Assembly (NCBI GenBank): GCA_046563655.1
Contig: CM102287.1
Location: forward strand, 6,448,001-6,512,000
From: Yuukianura sp. NJ FZ-2021
Lineage: Eukaryota
Length of the DNA: 64,000 bases
Reading direction: 5' to 3'
Part shown: positions 1-17,900 of the stretch, in pieces
Layout: each line of letters begins with the position of its first letter
How positions within the stretch are numbered: the first letter of the stretch is position 1
Position numbers and translations under genes: made by a program
Notes under the pieces: generated by a model
Seen by the model: only the letters and a program-made list of their open reading frames with translations
What the model was told of the DNA's origin: nothing
Database searches by the model: none

Positions 1-868
1 AGTTTGATGGTGGCGCTGGTGACCATAGGTTAGGTGTTGGTTCACATGAAGATGATTTTGTATTTGTATTGTTGTGATTCTGAATATAAACGGCTCGTGC
101 TTAAGAGGTTTATTGAATTACAATGTGACGGAAGAAAACAATAGAATTCCGTGCAGAAGGGCTTTTTATACATAATTGGTTAATTCAATCGCAGTGTAAC
201 TAATTTATTTCTGTAATTATTGCTGATGTCGCGCATTTAAAAAAAAATTATCGTACGCTAGTGCTAACATACTTCGTTCAAGTTGAAAGTCTGACAGTTT
301 AAAATTAAAATTGGTTATGAAAAAAAAAAGGTTTTCAGTTTCTTTCATCAGAGATCTTTAATTTTTCTTATTAGACTAGAAGGGAATAAGGGAATAAGCC
401 TATACAAGTATTTAAAGACTTTATATTTGTATCAGTTACTTAGAATTTACCTTAGGCTTGCTTGTTTGGTTGTTTGTGACATTAAACTTAAACTTGTGTC
501 TTGGCTAGGCTTGGGGTTTTACTGTAACCTTCATGGTAATGTTGGCGTCTATCGGTGATTGGTGGGATTTTTAAACATCCACATCCCAAGAGCCGTAATC
601 GTAAAACTAAAAGATCGACCTACCCATCAACCCACCATCGAACGCTTTGTTACGTGCTACGTGTACCTGCCTGTGCACTGTCCCGTCCACCGTTCACAGT
701 CAGTCCAGCTCCAGACACTCCAGAGTCCAGATCGACCGTAAACCACGGAAGTCACGGATCCACTCCCGCAGCATACAGTCCAGTGTCAAATTCTGTCGCC
801 AAGGACAAACAGAAGCAGAAGTAGGTTGACGAGAAATTCGTTTAGAAATTCGAGAAAGCAATTCGGAC

Positions 869-3800
869 ATGGACCGTCCTCACTCTCGTTTTCTTGAACC
901 GGCTCCAAGTGCCGAAAGCCGTCAGGAGAGTCGTGCCTCCGAGCAGCGAGATGATTCTTCGATAGAGCTAGTGCTGCCATTACGAGACAACTGGCAGCTT
1001 GAACAAATTCCGGAACCGGAACTGACACCAGAGGAAGACCAGCTTCCCCCCTCAGAACGTCTCTGCCGTGTTATTGTCAAGAAGTGCCAACTGGCCAATT
1101 GCTATAATTTCTACTCCGTGGAGTTTCTTTGGAACTTGCTGACACCCCCAGTTCTGGAAATTACCGGGAACTACGGCAATGCTGTGGCCAGTCATATCAT
1201 CGGACCGGAGGAATTTTACTTGAATTGGGTTTCAGACTTGGATAAAATACAACTATTGAGGACTTGGGTCACTGCGGAAATAGAGGACGACGACATGGAA
1301 GAACCAGATCAACCTGACACTCGGAACCTGGTTGGCAGCATCGTAAGTCATAAGAATAGTCGACTTTCCGCTCTGTAATCGTTTTTGCATAACATACCAG
1401 ATTTGTTTTTTTAGGTCTGTGCTTACCTTGGTTCTACCACATTCTACCACAGAGCAACGGTTTTGAAGCTTGTCGCAAACGATAAAAAGGCAACTGTTTT
1501 CCTTATAGACGACGGGATGACAACAACTATTCCCATAAACAAGTAATTTTCTCCATTTAGTTTTAATTCAGATCTCCGTATGCAATTCATCTGTGTCTTA
1601 GCGAAGCTTTATTGCCCGACCGACCCTAACTTTAGCTCGATGTAATTTTACAGGCTCCGACCAATTCCACATCCACTGGCTCTCCTTCCAGGCTATGCAA
1701 TTCGATGCAAATTGGCTTTATGTCAATTCACTGAAGACAATTTGTCGGACATGAATACACGGAAAGAGTTCATCTGGGAGCTCAAACAGTCCAAATCTTT
1801 TAAATGCAAGTTCACTGAATACTGTGAAGATACAAACACGTTCTCTGCTAAAATCAAGGTCGTCGAAGGAGTCCCAGCACCGAGGGACCTCAATCTGGTT
1901 GTACAAGGGAAGTATAAAGCTCGACAGCGTGTCATACAGACTCTCGAAGATCAGAACAAGAGGGATATGGAATCCACCGTTGTAAGTTTAGCAATCATCG
2001 CATAAACAAAATGTGAATTCAATTTGATTTGTATAATCTTCTCCTTATAGATTCATCGAAATTCGGAGGTGGAAATTACCAATTTTTCCACGTTCAGGAT
2101 GAAAGGTCTTCGTATATTTCGTATTACGGACGCGGTTTCCCCCTCTGATTTTGGTATCGAGTATGTCGTGGACTACGCTGCCCCACCCGGCCGAACCATA
2201 TGGCAGTCGGAAATGCAAACCTTCTACAACAATAGCACCAGGCTCTTGACTCATAAGCTGGTAAGTTTTATGTTTTGTACTTTCGTTTTGGGATATTGTG
2301 TTTGTGTCGTTTGTAGTTCGATATTTAAAAAAACGATTTTTTTCATAATCTAATCAGTCTACTTGTCGTCCTTTGGTGAGCCGTTGCTACGTTATCCAAA
2401 CACCAGCTTATGGGTGGCAGAGATGTCGCATTATTACTCGTCATGACGCGCTCAATACTTGTGACATTTTGATGTTGGATCTCGGAAGTGTGTGCAGAAA
2501 GGTTTCATTTTCAGCTCTACACGAAATAGATCCACAGTTCACGCAAATGTGTGCATTGGGCTTCCGGGGTTACCTCGTTCACATCATCCCAGCAGGCGGA
2601 GCGCTAGCATGGTCTCCTCACGTTTGTAGCGGTACGTTAGCTACTACTAGTACATGAGCAAGAACGTTCTGATTTCAGTTTAATACGTTTTATTTTGTTT
2701 TGAAATAGCATTTGAGAGGATGGTCGTAGGCAAAATATTCTATGCCATCAGCATCGAACGTCAAGACGCGCCTTCTAACTCGAAGTTCCCGCAAATCGAG
2801 TCGAGATTGGGTCTGATCATGGTGGAAAAATGCCTTCTTTATGGCAATCGTTTTGATGATACTCCTCCCAATGTTGTCCTCAACGCGCAGTTATGTGCAC
2901 TTAATTTAGCAGAGCCTGACGGAATCGCGTAAGCATTCTCAACCATTCGCTACATTTAGCGTTATGACATGGAATTTAAAATGTGTCTGTATTTCATTCA
3001 GCGGCCAGATACCGTTCTCCATCAACCCAAACGAAGAAGGAGTGTTTGATTTTCAAACAATGAGGAATGCTCTTACTCAACAGAATCCGTCATTGGATGT
3101 TCGGGAATTGATCTATGATTCCAAAGATGATATTCCACACACTACAAATGTCAAATCCAGCGCTTCCACTTTAGGCAGTATTTCTGGTGCGTCATCCGTA
3201 TCGTCCGAGCCACCCGAAGATCCGAGAATGAAGCATTACAAATACTTTAACGTTGGGGCTAATTCTCTACCAGTACCGAGTAAGTTAAAGTTTCAAGTAT
3301 TTTTTTTAAGCCCGTATCAATTTGAAACTGACTCTGTGACTACAACTTTAGAAAACATGACGCAGATCCCAACGGAAATTCGGAAAGCCATGGCGAGTTG
3401 CGTTGTTAGCTACGCATCCTCTCCATCATGTTTTTATGTTCAGATGGTGGAGAGAATGCCGAAATTGAAGCAAATGATGAGATACATTGCGGAACAACTT
3501 CATACGCAACAAGAATTGTCACTAAAGGACATTGTACCAGGGTTAGAAGTCGCTGTATACCTATTTGATGAGACGTCGAAACCAACTTGGTTTCGTGGCA
3601 TCGTCCGAGTAGTCATTAAAAGTATCCAACTCTGTAAGGTGAGAAAACTTCCAGGAAATGATTGAGGATTGAATCCACAATTCCGTAGAGATGGAATAAA
3701 CTTCCTTGTTTTGTAATTTCATACAGGTGATTCTCGTCGACTACGGAAACGAAGTTTCTGTGAAAATCGGTGCCCTGCGCAGACTCCCTGACTACTACTG

Positions 3801-4245
3801 CCAAATTCCTGGATATGCTCAAAGAGTTCACCTTGACGTTCCGAATTTAATTCCATCCGGTGGAATGCCAATGACTCCACAATGGTCAACTCAAGCTGGC
3901 GAAACGTTTCGCAAGTATTTGTACCTCTGGCAGCCAGAAAATCCGCTTTACTACATCTGGAGACCACCAGGATCCGTTGCTATCGAGTTGGATTCGTATG
4001 GACAAGACATTGAATACAACATCGCAGCAATGTTTTGGACCAAACACTCACCAACCATACTTCCAACGACGGAGGCTGACTTACTTCCACCTCCAGTAAA
4101 TCCTTCCAGACCAATGGCTCGAAAACTTTTCCGGACAATTGGGGTGGACCTCGTTTATGAAGTTGCGACTGACGAAAGTAGCCCGTACAAGTTTGAGAAG
4201 GCTTGGGACGTCCTTGTGAAGAAAGGCCTAGCCCACATGGGCTAA
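869..4245 (+). CDS. Multi-Tudor-domain protein (three extended Tudor/SN-like repeats; TDRD/piRNA-pathway-like)
   Basis: Phase-consistent GT-AG exons: 869-1342, 1415-1542, 1654-1981, 2051-2260, 2358-2631, 2709-2928, 3002-3279, 3352-3638, 3727-4245. Extended-Tudor signatures: 'SHIIGPEEFYL...FYHRATV...VFLIDDG...LRPIP...PGYAIRCKL'; 'AVSPSDFGI...WQRCRI...MLDLG...LHEID...GFRGYL'; 'SYASSPSCFYVQ...WFRGIV...VILVDYGN...LRRLP...PGYAQRVHL'. Confidence 0.85.
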
Positions 4246-4944
4246 ATACTTGAAGCTGATTGACGCAGCATTTTCTACTCCACTTTCGCTTTCTATGCTA
4301 AACACCTCCTGCCTACCAATTAATTACAACATTTATGAGACTGAGAGAATTCAGCAGATAGATTTAGTTTAGTTTTGACGACTGGACAACTGTACCAGGC
4401 TAGGTGTGACTGCTGTAAGTTCAATTAATTGTAGTGGAGTATTAGGAATACATGATGTAGTATTATTATTTTGCCATTTTCGTCATGTTGTGACTTTAGT
4501 AAATTAAAGCTTCTCCTCCACTGTTTGTTCAAACCTATTAATGTTTGCCTTTATTTAGACATGTACACGTTTTTGAGTAGGTTAGATAGTAATGTCAGGA
4601 TGATTTTTATGATCCTGGACTTAAGTAACTTGCTGAATTGCATTTTGTTAAAATTATTAAAGTGTTACATTTACATCCCATTAATAAAACGCAACAACTC
4701 TTAATAACAATCACTCCAGAGTCATTTTCTTTTATAACTACTAAAAACATATAGTCTAAATAATAACGTCGAAACGTTACACGTTAAAAATGGATTTCAT
4801 CAAATTGTTTAAAAAACAAGGGGGTAAGGAAAGCAGAGGGAAAAAAAGTGGCTTAAAATAATTTTTTCGTAGCTTCTCACCTCATGCAGACATTAAGTGC
4901 CTGCCATCAAATTGACTTTGATTCCCGGTTCGTACTTTTCTTCT

Positions 4945-6777
4945 TCAGTGATCAACAATTGAACCATTTCCGTTCATTCTGTTACGATTATGACACTCGC
5001 GATTCTGTACCTTCGTTTTTAATTCCCCGGCATTGGTATAAGTCAAGCCTGTTTTTGGTTTTTTCTTTAATGGAGGGGAATCAATGAGTCCGTCGTCCTC
5101 GTCGTCGTCACTGCTCGAACGTGAGCCGCACTTCAACTCGTCACGTTCTTGTTTTAAATGAGTTTCTTCGAATGAGCTTGAATTTGACGAGTTCACAACA
5201 TTTTGAACACTTTGGAGATAATTGAAATTACCGGGATTGAATTCCCCGTTAACGACTGATGTCCGTTCGTCATTCTCTTGTCCACCACCAACACCGTGGG
5301 GAGCTTTCGGTTGTTCAACTGTTGTCCGTTCATTTAGCTCACCACCAATATTGGAGGTAGGATTACGTGTTCTAATGGCAGTGCTTTCGGGTGGTTTGTC
5401 TGCTTCATGCTGGTTTTTCGTAAGGGTTAAAGTCGAACGGCACTGAGCACATACAACAGAGAGGTCGTTGAGTTCACTAAGAGTTGCATTCAATTCGGAC
5501 TTCGATGAAGATGCTAAAGGAAAATGTTCGCTGGCAGCAGCATTCCTTTCATTGGCGACACGAAGTTGTTGTTGTAAATGCTGAATTGCACTTTGTAGCC
5601 CTTCGATGTCTTCATCCAAGTCTGCAAGTAAATCGTCCGTTTCTAGGTATTGAAATTACAAAGAAGAAAGAGCAGTTAACTTTTTTAGTTGCTACATATT
5701 TTTGCTTTATAACTCTCGCGCCAATATTTGTTCCAGGAAGGAGGTCGTTCTGGTGCAGATTATGGCTCATTTAGAACCAAGCACTTAACCAGGTTGAAGT
5801 AGAAGTTGTCACCAACATCATTGCCAGACTGAAACTACTAAACTGTCTACCTTCATTTAAACTGCCGGATATTCATTAGCGTAATACGACAGATAGCTTC
5901 GGGAAGCATAAAGAATCGTCAACAGTAGTGAATGGTTAGATAGAAGGATAGATAACTAACCTGCTTGGGTTTGTTTCATTTCGGTAACCAATTGTTTGTT
6001 GAGTGCTAAGTCGTTTTCCAATTTTGCAATTCGGCCGCTTGAAGTCTGTTTACCGAGATCTTCATTTTCCATGTACAGCATTCGACATTTGGCCATCAGA
6101 CGTTTTCCAGTATTACTACATAAAATAATAGTGAAATGGTGAGAACTTTTATACCGAAAAAACTTTAACATGTGATGAACGTAATACCTGTCAGGCGTAA
6201 ACTTCCAAGCGGTGAGGTCGTTTTGAGTTTCTTCCAATTTCTTCTTGGTTTCCGTCAAATCCTTCTTCAATTTTTCGATTATTAAGTTCACGGCAGGATC
6301 TAACAGAGTTGAACGAAGTGCACCCAAACTTGGGACGATGGAACTCTTCAAAATAGCAGTCTCCTTTTCTGATTCCACTAACTGTCTTTCACGCATTGTG
6401 AGTCTCATTATCAGTACTTTTTCCCGACGTGATAAGTCCGTGCGTTCGGCTCTGAGCTTTGCTTCAATTTCCTTCGCTTGCCTCAGCTCATCTGAAAATC
6501 AAAAGCAACAATTCTTGCGTAAAACGTTATTAGCCTTAATTCAAAGCCCGATATTGAATGTGCACTATCCTTTATCCTACTGCGGCTAACCTTGTTGTTT
6601 CCTTTTTAATTCATCGATGTAATTCTGAAGCCGATGGTAAAGTGTTATGACTTCATCTTTAGAAATTAGTTCCAGTTCCTCGTCACTGAGACACAAGTTT
6701 GCATGTTCTTCATTAATGACCACTGAAGATGACGTGACACTTTTGTCGACCTCTGTATTAACACTGCCTTCCAGCAT
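4945..6777 (-). CDS. fl(2)d: WTAP / female-lethal(2)d, regulatory subunit of the m6A methyltransferase complex (~447 aa)
   Basis: Exons 6777-6591, 6491-6188, 6115-5961, 5642-4945 join in phase. Diagnostic segment 'LRSTLLDPAVNL...LEETQNDLTAWKFTPDSNTGKRLMAKCRML...SGRIAKLE..LAL...DLDEDIEGLQS'. A 5'UTR intron probably spans 6796-6956. Confidence 0.95.
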
Positions 6778-8574
6778 GAGCTCAACGTCACAGCTCTAAC
6801 CAAGTAATAATTTAAAAAATCGGTTCAATTACAGTTAAAAACTTAAAAGATTTTTTTTGGGAAAATGTTTTCTTTTGACTTGACATGAATAAGATAAACA
6901 CGAACCAGATAGTACAAGTGTACAAGATATACAAAAGATTAAAGTTTCGTACTTACTGCCTAGTTATACAAAAAATAAGAGAGCGAGAGAACAGAAAAGT
7001 TTACATAAACCAGAAATGTTGTGGTTGCAACAACCGCACTACCATTGAGTGACAGCCGTTTCTTGCTGAGACACGGCGGTACGATGCGACAGCGACGTAC
7101 GATTCAGGTAATCACAGCCATACTTGCATGTAGTGGTTAGGAGCCGTAACCGCGAACAGTTATTACCACGAGCGGTAACCTGAACTATGTACCAAACTAA
7201 CCATATTAGGAATTTGAGGAATCAAATCAAATCAAACTTTAAACTAGTCTCGCTATTAAATTCCATTATTAGTTGACCAGTGTTTCTGGCTACAGAGGGA
7301 TGATAAGAAGTACGGTCACCGTTGTTTCAACTAACTTTATTATGAAATTAAAATCGCGATTCACTAAAGCTGATTGCCACAGATTCAGCAAATTGTATGC
7401 TGGCTACAATAGATGCACTATTCCCTTATTTGAACCGAGTGGAAAAGATGCATTAAAATTGCGTTTAAATTTCCCACGCTCACGGTTGGGCGTACAAAAT
7501 GTAAATAGCCAACCGGCGTAGCCGTTGATCCCGCGACATTCTCAAATCTGGGCCAATAGCAAAATTAGTATAGGTAAGTTAAAATAAACAGTTAAAGTTA
7601 ATCTTGATGCGTCAATTCTGCCTCATCATAATTACCTAATAGTGTGACATTGAATTGAATTGCAATGAGAACGTTAGAGCTTACTTCTTTAGAATTCTGT
7701 TCTGCTTCACTTGAATTTGGAGTGAGTAGTTTGAAATTGAATTGAATTTTTCCACAACAATAATAATTATTGTTGAGCAGGAGTTTAATGCAATGCTTTT
7801 AAACCAGTTTTGAGTGTGACCTGTTTGCTGTTTAGTACGTACTGAACAGAGGTCATGCACAAAACAATGACTAAAATGGAAACTAGTTTTTTTTTCTTAA
7901 GTTCAAAGTAAAGTTCAGAATTCATTTATTATTTCGACCGATAGAAAAGTTCCTATATTAAAATTGGCACAATTCCATAGTTTTCAATTGAAATCGAACT
8001 AGGCTTCGTTGTAAAAAAATAAAATCCACAACTAAGTTCACTCCTCCTCATCCCCAAATGTCATGGAATATTCAAGTGACCCTCGTGTCACGCGATGCAA
8101 CATTTTCTGAACTTTATGCTATGCTTTACAATTTTGGTGATAACCAGCAGTCCACAATACGAAACTCGTGCGTGACTTACCAATAAATTCTAATTCATAA
8201 CTTGCTTTTTAATTTTTCCAAGGTTGCTATAGCAACCAAATTGTATTTGCTACAAGAGGTTGTCCAGTAACTCGGGGTTTTCCAAAATCTGGCTTCAAAC
8301 AATTTTTTCCTCCAATTTTCCTCCAATCACATTTAATTTACATGCAAAAATTACCATAGAAAAGCAGATTTGTTATTTTCAAACAAATTTTAAAACCTCC
8401 AGTTTCTGGACAACCTGGTGTAGCTTGTTTGTGTACGAACCTTGAATTTTTCAGTCGAAGCAAGGTTTTAATATCAATGTGATAAAATACGGAAATAAAT
8501 CGAAGTCCAAAACCTTTACTGTAAAAATTATTTTTTATTTTTTTTTAGCAAGGGCTTTTTCAGCGGTTTTAAAA

Positions 8575-13489
<4,915 letters not shown>

Positions 13490-14970
13490 CTTACTATCAA
13501 TCGCACAAGAATTTCAGTAGACGCTGATTCTGAACTTGGTGAGAAAAGCCCAAGTCCAGCGATGAATTGGTTTTCCTACTTTGGACTTCCTTTTAAGCTT
13601 CCAACTTTAATTGCTGTCTTAACACGTTTCCAAATTATTCATACTAATGTGAAATGCGCAATTAAGTGACCTGGAACCCCACTACTTTACATCAGAAGCA
13701 CTTTGGTTAGCCATTGGAATTGACCATGACTTCTTAAACATCGTTTGGAGAGCGTAGAGTAATGGAAAACAGCAATTACAATAAAATATAGCTACCTAAT
13801 ACTTATGCGGAAACTGCTTTCATGTCGTAATTTGTCCAGCTACATCGGCTAAGAGTTGCAAATTAGTTATCCATTGCTTTAGTTTTATTCCTACTTTTTC
13901 CCAACTAATACTGCATTCCTCGTTATGTATTTATTGTGCTAAATGCTGTTTCAAATTCAAATTCATCATTTGCTGTTTTTACAACAAATGTTTTAACAGA
14001 AGCTCCAGCTCCAATGCTTCCAGGTACAAAGCCTTTATACCCTACAATTGTCCAGCAGTTTTTAAACCCATAAAAATTTATTGGCCTTACATTGTTATGG
14101 ACGCTTGCATGCAAGAAATTTTTACACGTTAGAACCAAGGTCAGTTCGGGTCTAGAAAGGCCTAGTCATTAATATTTTCCATCGGTTTAGCCCATCTTTG
14201 CTTGCGTAAATCCTTGCGTCGTAGGAATGGAGGCTTAAAATAAATTTTGAATTGAATATTGAAACACGCTGCGTGTAATTTTTTGGACCAAAATGGGCGA
14301 TAGTGTATGCAGTGTCCGTGTCATCCGAATTTTACACTACATCGATTGCAAAATCAAGTTTCATTTTAAGATGTGCAAATTACCTGGCAAATTGGAGTAG
14401 ACTTTTGCAATTCCGCCGTAAACCAACAGAAATCTGGTTTTTGACGTTCATTTTCTTCCAATTTTAGAACTTGGGAGGAGTACGCAGTGGTTTCTGTAAG
14501 GCCAGGAATGACGTACTTTTAGTCCAGTTTGGGCTGAAACCGTGAAATTTAAATGTTGTAGAGAACTCAAAAGATTTATTCAACAAATAATTAATTAAAA
14601 ATTTAAAACATCGATGTAAACAAATTAAGCCGAAATACTGTAACATAATGTAATGATAGCTTTGCTTAGAAGTAGAAATGCGAAATACTTTTCGAAAATT
14701 TGAAATTCACTGATTTAGGCTTCGAATAAGAAAAGAGCAAAAGCAATCAGGCCAAATATGGAAAAGCAAAAATGGAAAAATACAAAGATTATTTCAAATG
14801 TACAAAAGTAATCCTCTTCTTCAACCTGTCAAAGGCTAATATTTCTTTTACAAATGAAGCATTATAGAATTGATTGTTGGATTTTAACAAAGTAGTTAAC
14901 AAAGCTTTCTCCTTACTTAGCAACAATGAATCCGAAATTACTTAAATTGGATTTTTTTGAGATTGAACTT

Positions 14971-15672
14971 TTAGTAAGGATAATTTTGAATGTGGAACTC
15001 CTTTGTAGTCTCGCTTCCGTACGTAGTAATTTCTACTCGTAGTTCCAGCAAGTCTTCTTGATTTTGCAGCAAAGGCAAATACTTCTTGTCCAGAATCTTC
15101 CATTTTTGAGGCTCACTGTGGTTATTGATTTCGCGTATGCAGAAATCCTCTTCTGAAAAAGATGATTCAGTTTTCCAAATTTTTTCAAATTGGTTCTTAT
15201 GAAACACATTTAACTAACTAAACCAACCTTCACTAAATCCAGCGCCAGCAGGTTTGTTTAAAATGCTGAACTTCATGCAGTATGGAATTCTGTATCTGAT
15301 AGGAACAATGAGCTCTGCTCGTCCGTACAAGTAGTCTTCATCTCCATAAAGCGACAATCTCCAAGTATAATTCCGTCCAAGGCTTCCGCGGCATTCGAAC
15401 GTCACACACATCGCTGGCCAGCAGTTCTTTTCTGTCAGCAGCCCCAAGTTCAATACGTTCCAGCGAATAATTTCCTTCCGCTGGAGAAGCTGCAGAGAGA
15501 TACAAATTTAATAAACGTCAAAGGAATGCAAATATTTCCAGTATATGTTGACATTAACTTAGAAATATTGGCCAAGTCAATTATTTATAACCTCTGAGAC
15601 GTAAGGAACGATGTCTTTCTCTGGACCTTCGCCCATTCTACGTTGTTCCATTGTGTCAGTCTCGCGGTCCAT
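14971..15672 (-). CDS. Small MATH/TRAF-domain-like protein (~174 aa)
   Basis: Exons 15672-15592, 15489-15228, 15152-14971 join in phase, and the in-frame TAG at 15214-15216 falls inside the second intron. The pattern 'IIRWNVLNL...YTWRLSLY...YLY...MKFSILN...LLELRVEI' matches MATH beta-strand spacing. Confidence 0.6.
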
Positions 15673-16589
15673 GAAATACTGAAGTAAAACACAACGACAC
15701 GTGATACGCTTATGGCTATTCAATGCAAAAACCTTGTTTCGCCTACACCCACGCGGTTGTATTCGAAAGTATTCGAATTCTTGTTCCCAGCACGAGTTTA
15801 GTAAGGCAAAGACAAAACAATCCAAAATTTAGACTTGCTTAAAGAGAACCTTATTACAAAACACTTTTGTTCTCTGCCTTGCCTGAGGAAGAACTTTGAA
15901 ATGAGCTTATGTCGTAACGTAGCTAATGCACAAAAACAACGCAAGTCAACGCCCTCACAGCCTAACTACCAACAATAGAAGAATTGACAAAAATCTTACA
16001 CACATAGTAAACTATGCTGAATATCCAAAAACGAAACGACAGAGAAGCCAAAGAGCTAATAAGCGTAACATAAACACAAAAATTCGTGCCTTATCTTATC
16101 GATTAACAGCGATTCTTTCCGCTACAACGGCATTTTTTAAACATGAAAGGCTCGGATAGTACTTTTATCATAAGGTGACACATAAAGCACCATTTTCTGT
16201 CTTCCAGCTTTGTCTAACTACCAATTTTTGGTAGAATAATGGACTCAATCTTCTAATAAAAGAAGCAAAGCAGTGAACCAGATCAGAATCTGAACTTGAT
16301 TACTTTTTTTCACTCAAGGGAATTGAAATTTAATTTCAATTTGTCCAAGGATTTTCAAAATTTTGGGTTCCTTGACCACAGGAATTTTTAGGAGCTTTCC
16401 TACCTGCAATATACTAAAAGAGCACTTTTAGAAATGAAATATATTGGAATCCGGACTTTTACTTCACCTGATGTCTGGAACAAGCTCCTGTAAAAAAAAA
16501 CGTGGAGACAATTGAATTTTTTATTGAACGCCAGAAGCTGAAAAAGCGTCGTTTCATTCCAGTAAAAGGCCATTAAAAGTACATTTGAC

Positions 16590-17900
16590 AATACTTCGAT
16601 GTGAACTTTGACCGGAAGGCAAAATGGGAACTCAGAAAATGGGAAATTAGATTTAGTGTTCAACGGGAAGATGGATTCGTTGTCCAAATTCCCGACTCTT
16701 AAGAAAATAGACTTTCACTTTGGATTTGTGATGGAAAAGACCTCGTTCCTCAATCCTATCCAACCCAAAATTCATCTACCAGAACCAATAAATACAAAAA
16801 AAAATCTTTGGGAATTTCGAGTACTATTTCAGCTTCCACTTTTCATGGTTTATAAACCTAAACTTAATGGACCATGAACCTAACTGACCTTCACAGAAGA
16901 CGTGATTCTGATAAGCATAGTCTGTACTTGCTTACAGTACTTGGACAGCATTCTTCCCAAGATCATGGACACGATTACTCAATCTTGGCTTGAAAGGCAA
17001 TAAACTCGGGTAACACCCAGCTACAGTGATGTGTGTCAAATCTTGAAAGCCAAGAATCAGGCACGCGCAAGGATGAACAAAAAACAGCAATTGCCGAATC
17101 TTAAATCTCTGGATTGTGGATTCCGTGGAATGTTTTCTCTCCGACTTGACACTGCAAGTGAAAGTTGGAAAGTTGTGAATGGGCCGAGGGCAATGGTTAT
17201 TTGGAAGACGTGACAATGGGAAGCAAACTTCCGTAAAACCCAATTTGTTCACGTGCATTGTATACTCAAAACTTTTAACTTTGTCCAAACAAACTTCGCA
17301 AACTTGAGTTTGCCGAGAGACCAAATTTGCTTTCCCACTCACGCAAAGTGTTTGACTCCAATTTTTTAGAAATTTGTAACACTCTTCTGAACGTTTTTCT
17401 GCTCCCGTTTCAATGGAAAACAACATGCTGTTGAATTGATTCTCGGAGAAGACTTTGCGTCTTAACGCAGGATTGATTCTTCTATCGTTCAACTTCACCC
17501 TAACTTTGGTTTTGTTTTGTAAACTCCGTCCTTTCAAGCTTTCACTTTGACTTTTCTTTCCTAAGCTTTTAAATAACTTTCACTCCGTCGGAGCGGAAAG
17601 GCCAAAAGCTTTTTCCGCAGTTGTTTCGAAAACAAATTCCAACAAAAAATTTGTTGTTTTTTGTTTGAACAAAATGTTTGCTTCTTATTACCCCGTTTTT
17701 TTCTTCTTGTTTTACAAAAAATTTGACTTTAATAAACCAAACCGACTCTTTGCGGTACCACGCAGCGGCTGTGAATTTTGAGTTTCCAAGAAGCTCGAAA
17801 TGTTTTATGTTTTTCAAATGCCCTGGAGGAAAATCTTGGAAGTGAAATAACTCCAGTCCAGAATCTTTCCACTTTCTACGGCTTGTTACTTAGAAAGCAT
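16590..17900 (+). pseudogene. Possible decayed LRR/F-box-associated-type coding sequence
   Basis: Scattered + strand peptide fragments with LRR-like spacing ('LSKFPTLKKIDF', 'QLPNLKSLDC', 'CPNKLRKLEF'), separated by stops and frame changes. No coherent splice model was found. Confidence 0.2.

Noticed and set aside
1..26. Possible start of a minus-strand gene (MVTSATIK...) running off the window edge
   Set aside because: Only 8 codons are visible, which is too little to support a call.
15214..15216. In-frame TAG suggesting readthrough or a pseudogene in the MATH-like gene
   Set aside because: It lies within a phase-compatible GT-AG intron (15153-15227).
16932..17537. 201-aa minus-strand ORF
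   Set aside because: It has no ATG start in context, no recognisable domain and no splice partners. It is probably the shadow of decayed + strand coding sequence.
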